The position numbers and the translations under genes are program-made. Source: an uncultured virus (IMG/VR IMGVR_UViG_3300022927_001927) (lineage: Duplodnaviria > Heunggongvirae > Uroviricota > Caudoviricetes). Taken from it: DNA of 59,963 nt. Shown piece by piece: positions 47,620 through 56,582 of the stretch. The stretch lies in the IMG/VR virus record IMGVR_UViG_3300022927_001927. One strand, given 5' to 3'. How positions within the stretch are numbered: position 1 is the stretch's first letter; each line of letters begins with the position of its first letter. The notes beneath the pieces were generated by a model, which saw only the letters and a program-made list of their open reading frames with translations, was not told the DNA's origin and did no database searches.

Positions 47620-48117
47620 ATGGGAACTAATTACTATAGAATACCGAAAGCATCAGAAATAGAACAGAGAAAAGAAAGACTTAAGGCACAAATTGATTCT
47701 ATGCCTCTAACACCTGGTGACGTTGAACGGGCCTTTAGGTACATTGATAACACGGAAGATGAGTGGTCTTTAATGAATCCATGGGATGAGTTTATTGAAG
47801 GAACATCTATTCATTTAGGCAAGAGGAGTGGTGGATGGAAATTCTGTTGGAATTTTCATAAGAATAAGTATTACTCCACCAAAGAAGAACTTATTGCATT
47901 TGTACTAAACGGTCAGGTAGTAGATGAGTACGGAGAAGAACAAGATCCCCAAGAGTTTTTAGACATGGCATTTGCTTGGGGAGAACCTAATGGTTTGGTT
48001 GCAGATAAAGAATACTTTGATACAACTGAACATCATCGTTGGATGAGTAACCCAGAAGACTATTATGACCGTGAAGTAGACGGTCTTCGTGTATCATCAT
48101 CAACAGAATTTAGTTAA
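47620..48117 (+). CDS. Conserved phage hypothetical protein
   Basis: MGTNYY...HLGKRS.GW.F...DEYG...EFS. Confidence 0.72.
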   Translation: MGTNYYRIPKASEIEQRKERLKAQIDSMPLTPGDVERAFRYIDNTEDEWSLMNPWDEFIEGTSIHLGKRSGGWKFCWNFHKNKYYSTKEELIAFVLNGQVVDEYGEEQDPQEFLDMAFAWGEPNGLVADKEYFDTTEHHRWMSNPEDYYDREVDGLRVSSSTEFS

Positions 48118-48136
48118 ACAATTAAAATCATATATT

Positions 48137-48610
48137 ATGGGATTAGATATGTATCTTACAAAACGCCACTATGTACAAAAGTGGGAACATCACAAGGAAG
48201 AAGAAACTTTTGATGTAACAGTAACAAAAGGAGGAGAGGATTACCCTTACATTAATCCTTCTAAAGTTTCATATGTATTCGAGGAAGCTGCATACTGGAG
48301 AAAGGCAAATGCAATTCATAATTGGTTTGTAGAAAATGTACAAGAAGGGCGAGATGAATGCCAAGAGAGTTGGATAAGTCCACGAAACATTAATGACCTC
48401 CATGAAGCCTGCTGTGAAGCATTGGCTAACAGAGATAACCCACAAGGAGTTTTGCCTACAACATCAGGATTCTTCTTTGGTACTACTGATTATGATGAAT
48501 GGTATTGGAGAGATATTGAACGCACAAAAGAAGTATGTGAATCAATTCTTTCTGATATGGGTGAAGGTGCACAATTACCTTATGACCTATACTATCAAGC
48601 ATCTTGGTAA
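48137..48610 (+). CDS. Conserved phage hypothetical protein
   Basis: MGLDMYL...YWRKANAIH.WF...LPT..GFFFG...YD..Y...Y..SW. Confidence 0.78.
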   Translation: MGLDMYLTKRHYVQKWEHHKEEETFDVTVTKGGEDYPYINPSKVSYVFEEAAYWRKANAIHNWFVENVQEGRDECQESWISPRNINDLHEACCEALANRDNPQGVLPTTSGFFFGTTDYDEWYWRDIERTKEVCESILSDMGEGAQLPYDLYYQASW

Positions 48611-48611
48611 A

Positions 48612-48642
48612 CTTTCAGATTTATCAAAAACTTGTTATAATT
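48612..48642 (+). promoter_or_regulatory. Class A variant promoter
   Basis: CTTTCAGA-N15-TTATAATT. Confidence 0.6.
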
Positions 48643-48661
48643 TATTTAAACAAATACTAAA

Positions 48662-49027
48662 ATGGACTTTAGCAAAATTATTTTCAAACAAGACCAAATG
48701 GGTGAATGGAAATCCACCACCCATTTTCAAAACGGTTACTCAATGTCCGTTATTGCAGGCGTCATGGCATACTGTAATCCTAGAGAAAGCCTAGATGATC
48801 CTCAATCATACAATACATACGAAATTGCTATCTTTGACGAAGACGGTGATTGGGCAACACGAAGGTTTACTAATGAAGACGATGATGTCTGTGGGTGGTT
48901 AACCAAAGCAGAGATTAATGACCTTATGAAAACGGTTGCTGCTTATGAATGGGATGAAAGCCATGCACTTGACCAAGTAATGAATAATATGATTCAAGAC
49001 CTTGAAGAAGATGGAGAAGAAGTATAA
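48662..49027 (+). CDS. Conserved phage hypothetical protein
   Basis: F.NGY..SV...YEIA...DDV.GWLT. Confidence 0.72.
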   Translation: MDFSKIIFKQDQMGEWKSTTHFQNGYSMSVIAGVMAYCNPRESLDDPQSYNTYEIAIFDEDGDWATRRFTNEDDDVCGWLTKAEINDLMKTVAAYEWDESHALDQVMNNMIQDLEEDGEEV

Positions 49028-49316
49028 GTATCGCATAGAACATATATTTCCTCCATCTTTTGCTACTATTGGTGGGCAAAGATACTTATTCCCAGGTTGG
49101 ATTCCTGTAGAAGATGACGTTACATTTGATGATGTAGAGCACATTAACCCTTACCGGAATATCAAAACCGATACTTTTGAAGTTACAGGTTCAACAGGTA
49201 ATAAATATATTGTTACCAAGAAAGGTGACAATCTAAGCTGCGACTGCCCTGCAGGAAAATTTCGAGGTATGTGTAAGCATATTAAGAAAGTTCAAGCAGA
49301 GTTAGAAGTAGCCTAA
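49011..49316 (+). CDS. SWIM zinc-finger protein
   Basis: GS.GN.Y.V...SCDCP...FR..CKHI. Confidence 0.82.
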   Translation: MEKKYKYRIEHIFPPSFATIGGQRYLFPGWIPVEDDVTFDDVEHINPYRNIKTDTFEVTGSTGNKYIVTKKGDNLSCDCPAGKFRGMCKHIKKVQAELEVA

Positions 49317-49330
49317 AAAAATAATTTATC

Positions 49331-49522
49331 ATGGATAAAATTAAAGAAATTTTTGGAAAAATTGTTAGCTGGGTAGACACAAAAGGTTTTACTGCATTGG
49401 CTTCATTAGGAATCGGTTTAGGTCTTTGGACTTTCGGTTTTAAGATCTATGCAGGAATTGCATTTGGCGTTTTCTTAACTAGAAATTGGGACATCCTTAG
49501 AGGATTAATAACTAAGAAGTAA
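49331..49522 (+). CDS. Small membrane protein
   Basis: Hydrophobic 63-aa ORF. Confidence 0.65.
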   Translation: MDKIKEIFGKIVSWVDTKGFTALASLGIGLGLWTFGFKIYAGIAFGVFLTRNWDILRGLITKK

Positions 49523-49528
49523 TGAGTT

Positions 49529-49569
49529 AAAAGGGTCTGGGTAATTATTACCTGGATCCTTTATTTTTT
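49529..49569 (+). terminator. Intrinsic terminator
   Basis: AAGGGTCTGGGTAA-TTA-TTACCTGGATCCTT (with G-U pairs) followed by a T-rich tail. Confidence 0.75.
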
Positions 49570-49598
49570 GTAGAATAAATATTAAAATAAGAAATAAC

Positions 49599-49949
49599 AT
49601 GGAACACATTAAAGAGTATGATAGTTTTGTAAATGAAAACTTAGATACGATTAAAAAGACTGTATTAGATTTTGCTGAAAAGAACGGTAGATCTAAATGG
49701 AAAGAATTACATTCAGTAATCTTAAAGCAAAAAGGTTTGGATCCAAACGATAGAGATAATCGTGGACAATTTTCATCTTACTTTTCAGGCGGCTCTTCTT
49801 GGCAAAGAGGAAAGGGTGGTGATAATGGAAGAGATGCAAACTCACATGGTTTATTAATGAGACCTACTAAGAAAGATCCCCGTTACCTAGAGAAAGATGG
49901 TAATGAATATATTGTAAAGGTATGGGACGGTAAATCTAAATTATCATAA
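49599..49949 (+). CDS. Hypothetical protein with CTS-like leader
   Basis: MEHIKEYDSFVNE. Confidence 0.72.
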   Translation: MEHIKEYDSFVNENLDTIKKTVLDFAEKNGRSKWKELHSVILKQKGLDPNDRDNRGQFSSYFSGGSSWQRGKGGDNGRDANSHGLLMRPTKKDPRYLEKDGNEYIVKVWDGKSKLS

Positions 49950-50323
49950 TGAAATCATTTGACGAATTCGTAAATGAAAGTTTGATACAGAACATTAAAG
50001 ATCCGGGCTTTGACGGCTCGGATCCTAAAGCTATAGAAGTACATAACCAAGGTGTTGGTGGTGTAAGAACTCTACAAGGTCACCGTGATCAGATTGTTAA
50101 ACTTTTAGAGCAGATGCTAAAGGATGCTAAGATGGCACAAAAGAACCATAAACTTGCTCACTTTTCTCTAGGTAAGGTTTTATCTCTAGCTGATCCGCAA
50201 AGTTTAGGTGGTGTGTTTTTAGCTTATCTTAAGAACCATCAAGAAGCTGTTGAAGAATTGGAATCCTTAAGACGTAGAGGTGGAAGCGGCCCAGGAAAAA
50301 CTGTTCCAAAGGGACTTGTATAA
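49949..50323 (+). CDS. Hypothetical protein with CTS-like leader
   Basis: MKSFDEFVNE. Confidence 0.72.
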   Translation: MKSFDEFVNESLIQNIKDPGFDGSDPKAIEVHNQGVGGVRTLQGHRDQIVKLLEQMLKDAKMAQKNHKLAHFSLGKVLSLADPQSLGGVFLAYLKNHQEAVEELESLRRRGGSGPGKTVPKGLV

Positions 50324-50350
50324 ATATATCAAATAACATATTTTAAGCAT

Positions 50351-50911
50351 ATGAAATACATTAAAGATTTTAAATCAATCAATGAAAACCGTAATGCTAG
50401 GCGGTTTCAGAATAAAGGTAAGTTACGTTACAATGATCAGTTCAGCGGTAATGTAAGTCTTTCAAGAACAATAGCAGATGCATTAGACGGTATGGATGTA
50501 GGATTTGATAGTACTTCCATGTATGATGTTAACTCTGGTAAAACAATTGTTGATGATGCATTAGATGGTAAGCATACATACGATGACTTAGTAAATCTTG
50601 CAAAGGAATGGTATAGTGAAAATAATTCTGCAACATACGGTATGAATGAAGCTTATAAGCTAGGTGATGGTTGGTCTAAAGAATTTGATTACATTGGAAT
50701 GTTAGAGATGGGCGCAAAAGCAAAAGCTTCTATGGGAGAAAAGAAACTGCAATCCTTGTTTGATTCTTTTGAAGATGTAAATTATCATTCTGAAGCTAGT
50801 CCACTTAGTTATGCTATTGACGAACTTAAAGACGGTAATAAAGCTGAGGCAAATCGCTTAATGAAAGAATTCAATAAGAACTGCCAAGATACACTAAAGA
50901 CACTTAAGTAA
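50351..50911 (+). CDS. Two-module protein with CTS-like leader
   Basis: MKYIKDFKSINE; internal MNEA; TATAAATA at 50319. Confidence 0.72.
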   Translation: MKYIKDFKSINENRNARRFQNKGKLRYNDQFSGNVSLSRTIADALDGMDVGFDSTSMYDVNSGKTIVDDALDGKHTYDDLVNLAKEWYSENNSATYGMNEAYKLGDGWSKEFDYIGMLEMGAKAKASMGEKKLQSLFDSFEDVNYHSEASPLSYAIDELKDGNKAEANRLMKEFNKNCQDTLKTLK

Positions 50912-50912
50912 T

Positions 50913-52115
50913 ATGAAATACTTTAAAACATATGAAAGCTTCATTAATGAGGCTAAACTTTCAAAAGTCTTTAAGGCTGCAAAGAGGGGAAGCTATCCTG
51001 CAACAATTGTTGTAATTAAAGATAAGAAAGTTATTCACCAAGAACAGGTCAATACACCTGAGGCAATTCCTGCTGCTTTCAATGTTTTACAAAGAAAATA
51101 CCCAAAAGCCATTATAACCGTTGAAGATAAAACTGGCGCTACTCTCTATAGGGAAGTAGATGAGGTGAAGAATTATATGCAAAAGATAGACCTTAAGGAT
51201 TTTAAGGCTATTAAGAAAGGTACTAAACTTTTGTACATGGGAGGCGAAGCTGAAGTAGTTGACAATAACGGTTTTGTATTGACCTTAAAACAAAACGGTA
51301 AAAAGTTTACAGTTAATAAGTCAATGTTTGATCATGGTGGAATGATTAAAGAAGGTAAAGCACCTGATGCTAACAAAGCAATCAAAGACTTAGAAAGAAA
51401 AGGCTCTCAAATCGATTGGCTTGATGATGCCGATGATGATACAAAAAAGATTTGGAAAAAGGCTGGTGTTAATCCTGAAGATGAAAATACAGTTATTCTT
51501 TATTCTTATGTATCACATCAATGGGATGATGCTAAAAAGATTCTAAAGAAATATAATGTAGACTTTAAAGAATTAGAAGATCCTAACGCAGATGGAGAAT
51601 CATTTATTGTATTTGTAAAAGAATCAGTAGTTGATGAAGCTGCTAACGTTCCTAGTAACATTGAAAAATTTGCAAAGGAGAGAGGTGTTCTTAGAGATGT
51701 GAAACAAATTGCTCGTTGGGCAGAAAAAGCAGGTAAAAGAATTACTGGCGGTACTGCAATTGGTAAAGGCTATGATACTCTTGTGTTAGATTTAACTTAC
51801 CAAGGTGCTGAAGTTTACTATGATACTTATAAAGGAACTATCAAAGTAAATGGAAAACCTGTTGATAGTTGGAAAACATTTAGTAAAGCAGTAGAAGAAT
51901 CAGTTACTGAAGCTGAAATGACAAAGAAAACTTTCCTAGATCTTTGGAAAGAAGTATACGGAGAAAACTTTATTTCCGAATTCCCGGCGGTTGCTAAAAT
52001 CTTAAAGAACCGTCCTAATGATATTGATAAGAGAGAAATCTCTAGAATCTGGGATGAAACTTACGGTGAAGACTTTAAGGAAGAATATCCTGGTATCTGG
52101 GATAAGCTTGATTAA
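50913..52115 (+). CDS. Multi-module protein with CTS-like leader
   Basis: MKYFKTYESFINEA; internal IKEG, ESVVDEA, ESVTEA. Confidence 0.72.
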   Translation: MKYFKTYESFINEAKLSKVFKAAKRGSYPATIVVIKDKKVIHQEQVNTPEAIPAAFNVLQRKYPKAIITVEDKTGATLYREVDEVKNYMQKIDLKDFKAIKKGTKLLYMGGEAEVVDNNGFVLTLKQNGKKFTVNKSMFDHGGMIKEGKAPDANKAIKDLERKGSQIDWLDDADDDTKKIWKKAGVNPEDENTVILYSYVSHQWDDAKKILKKYNVDFKELEDPNADGESFIVFVKESVVDEAANVPSNIEKFAKERGVLRDVKQIARWAEKAGKRITGGTAIGKGYDTLVLDLTYQGAEVYYDTYKGTIKVNGKPVDSWKTFSKAVEESVTEAEMTKKTFLDLWKEVYGENFISEFPAVAKILKNRPNDIDKREISRIWDETYGEDFKEEYPGIWDKLD

Positions 52116-52181
52116 TATATAAGGTAACAATCCAATAGCCTTGAACGCGAGGCACAACCCAAAATTACTTTTTAATTAATC

Positions 52182-53447
52182 ATGAAACATTTAGCTACTA
52201 TGCTATTTGTCTATTTCCTGTTGGGCTTTACAACAAGTGGGCAATGCGATGTAAGAATTTTAGAATGGGTATATCCCGGATGCACAGATCCAGTTGCTTT
52301 AAACTATGATCCTGAAGCAACCGAAGATAATGGTACATGCGTTTATTCAATTGGACCAGATCTTGTTCAGATTGGAATGAACATAACAAATTGGTATTGT
52401 AATTCTTTAGGCATTCCTGTATATCAATACCAAGCAACGGTAACAAACATAGGAACTGAGCCTGTTACTTATTTTTGTTTAGACGACTTTTTAAGTACCA
52501 CAACATACCAGTGCTATAATGGATTAGCAAACTCAAGTGTGTATGTTGCGCCAGGTGATACGGTTACTGTTGGTGGATCTCTCCAAGTTAATGGTGGGTG
52601 GATAGATGGTCAAAGTAACTTTATGTCAATTGAGAGCGTACCTGGTGAAATTATTACAGGAAACAATAACTTCGTATTTCAAATGCCTGATGGATTAAAC
52701 TGTCAAGATGATCCTGAACCAGAACAGTGTGATACGGTATACATTGAAGTTGAGGTTCCTGTATACATTACGGATACAATAACTGAGTTCGTAACTGATA
52801 CTGTTATTGAATACATTACAGAGTATGTAACCGAGTATGTAACTGATACCGTGTATGAATACATTACTGAGTATGTAACTGATACTCTTTACATAACGGA
52901 AACTGAGTATATTGTAGACACTCTCTATATCACGGAATATGTTACTGATACGATTTATTTAACTGAGACCGAGTACCTCACTGACACCCTTTATATCACG
53001 GAATACCTCACTGACACACTCATTATAGACAATTACATATACTTAACTGATACTGTTACCGAATATATTGTCCAAGAATTGTGGATTGATTGTGAAACTG
53101 GTTTGCCGTGTGATGAAGATCCTCCTGGTTTAGATTGCCCAGACTGGACCACTATTCATGCTCCTAATGTGTTTACACCAAATAATGATGGCATCAATGA
53201 TGTATGGTTACTTAAGTATGATTTAGGATGTTGGGAAGACGTTGAATTTTGGATTTATAATCGTTGGGGTGTTGAAATTTACCATGCCTACGGTGATAGT
53301 TTTGACGGATATCCTTACTGGGATGGTAGTGTTCAGGGTGGAGACTATTATGTATCCGATGCTGTTTATGTGTATACGTTTAAAGGGAAAAAGATAGGCC
53401 GGGCTGATGTTATCCAAGAGTCCGGCCATATCACAATTCTTAGGTAA
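52182..53447 (+). CDS. Secreted protein with T9SS type-B (gliding-motility-associated) C-terminal domain and Thr-rich repeats
   Basis: Signal peptide; GCTDP.A.NYDP.AT.D.G.C; PNVFTPNNDGIND..IYNRWG..WDG..VY.Y..GHITILR. Confidence 0.85.
   Translation: MKHLATMLFVYFLLGFTTSGQCDVRILEWVYPGCTDPVALNYDPEATEDNGTCVYSIGPDLVQIGMNITNWYCNSLGIPVYQYQATVTNIGTEPVTYFCLDDFLSTTTYQCYNGLANSSVYVAPGDTVTVGGSLQVNGGWIDGQSNFMSIESVPGEIITGNNNFVFQMPDGLNCQDDPEPEQCDTVYIEVEVPVYITDTITEFVTDTVIEYITEYVTEYVTDTVYEYITEYVTDTLYITETEYIVDTLYITEYVTDTIYLTETEYLTDTLYITEYLTDTLIIDNYIYLTDTVTEYIVQELWIDCETGLPCDEDPPGLDCPDWTTIHAPNVFTPNNDGINDVWLLKYDLGCWEDVEFWIYNRWGVEIYHAYGDSFDGYPYWDGSVQGGDYYVSDAVYVYTFKGKKIGRADVIQESGHITILR
52731..53070 (+). repeat. Intragenic TEY[VL]TDT[LV]YI repeat tract
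   Basis: About 10 imperfect T-D-T-x-Y-I/T-E-Y units. Confidence 0.85.
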
Positions 53448-53477
53448 TAATATTAGGGAAATACAAAAAAGTTTTCT

Positions 53478-53504
53478 TAAACCTTTTTACATATTTTTAT
53501 ATAA
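53478..53504 (+). promoter_or_regulatory. Class B promoter
   Basis: TAAAC-N17-TATAA. Confidence 0.65.
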
Positions 53505-53526
53505 TAATAAACAAAACAATTATTAT

Positions 53527-54159
53527 ATGAAAAGATTATTATCCATTGCTCTTATAGCAATTTTAATGGGATGCCAAACAGAGCATCAAACAGAAAAAAT
53601 ATTAAGAATTCATCAAGGTGCATATGCATTTTGTGGAGCATCAAATGCTGTACCTACTGGTAAAAAGGTTGTAATACAAGGTAAAGAGTTTGATGAAGGC
53701 TGTGCAATTTGTCCGGTATTAACAGGACCTTCTATTTCTAGTTTGGCAATGAATGGGAATGGTTCTTTAGGGGAATTTAATGCTAATGATAACTTTCAAA
53801 CTCCAGATGGAACAGATTCCACAGTATGGTCTTTATTTTGGTATTTTTCACCATCAGACACAATTCCTCAGTTTAACCCTGAAACTAAAGAATGGGAATT
53901 ATTACCTCCAGTGAACCGTGCATTCACAATAGATCTAAGTTCTCCTAGTACTAGCGAAAGTGATATGTTCCAAATGCCTTGTGAAATAATAGATACTCTT
54001 GACAATGGTATTATCTTATCTAAATGTTATGGGCCTCTTAATCACATGGCAGTTCCACTTCGTCGCCCTCACCCAACTAAAAACGGACAAACCTCGGTTA
54101 CAGCAGCTAAAGAAAATTTACCTTACCCGGTTGGTACCCCAATCCCATCAAATGACTAA
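53527..54159 (+). CDS. Putative lipoprotein
   Basis: MKRLLSIALIAILMGC lipoprotein signal from ATG 53527. Confidence 0.75.
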   Translation: MKRLLSIALIAILMGCQTEHQTEKILRIHQGAYAFCGASNAVPTGKKVVIQGKEFDEGCAICPVLTGPSISSLAMNGNGSLGEFNANDNFQTPDGTDSTVWSLFWYFSPSDTIPQFNPETKEWELLPPVNRAFTIDLSSPSTSESDMFQMPCEIIDTLDNGIILSKCYGPLNHMAVPLRRPHPTKNGQTSVTAAKENLPYPVGTPIPSND

Positions 54160-54371
54160 TGAAGACTTTTGCTAAATTTCTCTTAATATGGATAAGCCAA
54201 AATCTAGCGGTACCTTTCTGGGTTATTGGTCATGTTCACTTATCCCTTAACACATACCAAGACTTACATGAAATCATTGCATCATTAGGAATGAATATCT
54301 TAGTTGCAATCGGATTCATTATTGACTTTAAAGAAACCACTAAAGAACTTAAAAATGTTAAAGAAGATTAA
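54159..54371 (+). CDS. Small membrane protein
   Basis: Two hydrophobic segments. Confidence 0.65.
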   Translation: MKTFAKFLLIWISQNLAVPFWVIGHVHLSLNTYQDLHEIIASLGMNILVAIGFIIDFKETTKELKNVKED

Positions 54372-54597
54372 GAATTGGTTATTCCCTAAATTTAAAGTAG
54401 GGGAATTTCCTTACTCACCTGAAGGATTTGAGATGGCAAAGAAATGGGCAAAGCGCCAACCTCATCCAAAATTACCGGATTATCCAAGGCTAACTCTATG
54501 GGATATGGTTAAAGGTAATTGGATTGATTCAGAGTATAAATTAAGCGAGATAAATAAACTGAAGTTAAAAAGCGATAAAGAAAAACTAAGTCAATGA
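54355..54597 (+). CDS. Hypothetical protein
   Basis: Packed ORF. Confidence 0.6.
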   Translation: MLKKIKNWLFPKFKVGEFPYSPEGFEMAKKWAKRQPHPKLPDYPRLTLWDMVKGNWIDSEYKLSEINKLKLKSDKEKLSQ

Positions 54598-55181
54598 AAA
54601 CAGAACTTATAATTACGGATGATTTTTACCAAGACCCTGATAGCGTTAGAGAATTTGCGCTAAACCAAGATTTTGGTGTAAGAGGCAACTACCCAGGACA
54701 AAGAACTAAACCTTTTCATGATTGGCCAGGACTTAAGGAATCTGTACAAAGCATAGTCCAACAAGCTGGAGGAAATATAACATGGTGGGAAACCGAATAT
54801 ACGACAACATTCCAATATACGACGGAGAATGATTCTAGTTGGATTCACCCAGATCATACTACAAATTGGGCAGGTGTATGTTACCTAACACCTGATGCAC
54901 CAGTAAGTGGAGGCACCGGTATTTTTAGACATAAGGAAACTGGGGCAACAAGACCACCTAGAGTTGAAGGTGGTGGGTATGACGAAGAATGGTTAAGTGA
55001 ACATGTCTGGCCTAATAGTAGAGACTTCTCTAAATGGGATATGACTGGCATGGTAGGTAATGTATATAACCGCTTAGTTCTTTATAGAGGAGATCTGTTC
55101 CACTCCTCATTAGATTATTTTGGAACGGACAAATACAATGGAAGACTGTTTCAAACATTCTTCTTTAACACAGAATATTAA
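54594..55181 (+). CDS. 2OG-Fe(II) oxygenase-like protein (DUF6445-like)
   Basis: DDFY..PD.VR, YPG.RT, WIH.D, WAGV.YLTP, GT, YNRLVLY....FH, RL.Q.FF. Confidence 0.82.
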   Translation: MKTELIITDDFYQDPDSVREFALNQDFGVRGNYPGQRTKPFHDWPGLKESVQSIVQQAGGNITWWETEYTTTFQYTTENDSSWIHPDHTTNWAGVCYLTPDAPVSGGTGIFRHKETGATRPPRVEGGGYDEEWLSEHVWPNSRDFSKWDMTGMVGNVYNRLVLYRGDLFHSSLDYFGTDKYNGRLFQTFFFNTEY

Positions 55182-55283
55182 TTATGAAAGAAAAAAGTAA
55201 ATACCTTTTAAACGTAGAAGGAAAGAAAAAATTTAAAGCAAACACATTGATCTCATTAATCTTTAAAGTACTAACTGGGAAAA

Positions 55284-55505
55284 ATGAGTCAACAAGAAAG
55301 TAAGAAAAAGAAGATTGGTAAAATTGAATTAGATGATTATCATTATCATGAACTTTTGGATAGGTTGCATGTAATTATGTCAACGATTGATGATCATCTT
55401 ATTCAACATCCAGTTTGTAAAATAGAAACAAATATTAAAGATCACATTACCAATGCAGTTGATCAGTTGGTTATGGCATATCATTTAACTGGTGGAAAAC
55501 AATGA
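55284..55505 (+). CDS. Hypothetical protein
   Basis: HE.LDR.H..HP motif. Confidence 0.65.
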   Translation: MSQQESKKKKIGKIELDDYHYHELLDRLHVIMSTIDDHLIQHPVCKIETNIKDHITNAVDQLVMAYHLTGGKQ

Positions 55506-55804
55506 GCCTAAAGAAAATTCAAAAAGAGTATAGAGAGACACCAAAAAACGAGATAAGAAGTGCAATTTTAGAAAACTTTGTATATGGTCTTTTAGGTTCT
55601 ATTCTTGTAGTCTTTATTGCAGAAAGAGTAGATATCTTAGTCTTATTAGGTTATATGACCTATTTCTTTTTTGTAGGTAAGGTAGTAAACCGTCCTAAGT
55701 ATGTAACTTCATTAGGTAAGTTTATTGTATTTCCTGTACCTGCTGCTATGGGTGCGTTCATAGGATATAAATTAGCTTATATACTTTCAAACATAATTGT
55801 ATGA
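55502..55804 (+). CDS. Membrane protein
   Basis: About 3 hydrophobic segments. Confidence 0.7.
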   Translation: MSLKKIQKEYRETPKNEIRSAILENFVYGLLGSILVVFIAERVDILVLLGYMTYFFFVGKVVNRPKYVTSLGKFIVFPVPAAMGAFIGYKLAYILSNIIV

Positions 55805-56211
55805 GAATAATGTATAAGGTTGGTGTTATCGCTGGTAACTTTGATGTTATCCACCCAGGGTACATTAAGATGTTTAAGGAATGTAAAAGTAAATGTGATA
55901 GGTTTGTTATCCTTCTTCACACCGATCCATCAATAGAAAGACCTCATAAGCTAAAACCAATTTTATCAGTTGAGGAAAGAATTGAAATTTTGGAATCCAT
56001 TAAGTATATCACTGATGTACATACTTATACATATGAAACTGAGTTGGTTGAATTACTTAAAGGGATTAATCCTGATGTTAGGTTCTTAGGTGATGATTAT
56101 AGAGGTAAAACCTATACCGGGTATGAACTTAATATACCTATACATTATCTTAACCGTGATCATGGTTGGTCAACAACAAAATTTAAAAAGTTAATAGCAG
56201 AAACAGTATGA
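55801..56211 (+). CDS. Cytidylyltransferase-like nucleotidyltransferase (TagD/HldE C-terminal-like)
   Basis: GNFDVIHPGY (HxGH-like), KPI....ER, G.DY, R.HG.STT. Confidence 0.85.
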   Translation: MRIMYKVGVIAGNFDVIHPGYIKMFKECKSKCDRFVILLHTDPSIERPHKLKPILSVEERIEILESIKYITDVHTYTYETELVELLKGINPDVRFLGDDYRGKTYTGYELNIPIHYLNRDHGWSTTKFKKLIAETV

Positions 56212-56582
56212 AATTAGCATTAATCGCACACGACGGGAAGAAGGCAGACATGGTATCCTTCGTGATGAAAAGACTAGAGTTCTTTAAAAGAAAAGATGTA
56301 GATATAGTAGCAACTGGTACAACCGGTGGAATGATAACTAATGCAGGTGTTGATAAGGTACAGAAAGTTGCGAGTGGTCCTATGGGTGGTGATGCCGAGA
56401 TAGGTTCAATGGTAACTCGCGGTGAGATAGATGGAGTAATCTTTTTCCGTGATCCTTTAGATAAACACCCACATGATGTAGACATTTCAATGCTGATGAG
56501 GTTATGTGATGTCCATGAAGTACCTCTTGCTACAAATTACCGCTCGGCTCATATCTTAATCAAATATTTTAAAGGTAAATGA
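56208..56582 (+). CDS. mgsA: Methylglyoxal synthase
   Basis: ALIAHD.KK, ATGTTG, SGP.GGD..IG, FFRDPL..HPH..D...L.R.CDV...PLATN. Confidence 0.95.
   Translation: MKLALIAHDGKKADMVSFVMKRLEFFKRKDVDIVATGTTGGMITNAGVDKVQKVASGPMGGDAEIGSMVTRGEIDGVIFFRDPLDKHPHDVDISMLMRLCDVHEVPLATNYRSAHILIKYFKGK

Noticed and set aside
52731..53070. Repeat tract as a CRISPR array or DGR template
   Set aside because: The repeats are in-frame codon-level repeats with synonymous variation; no spacers and no reverse transcriptase in the window.
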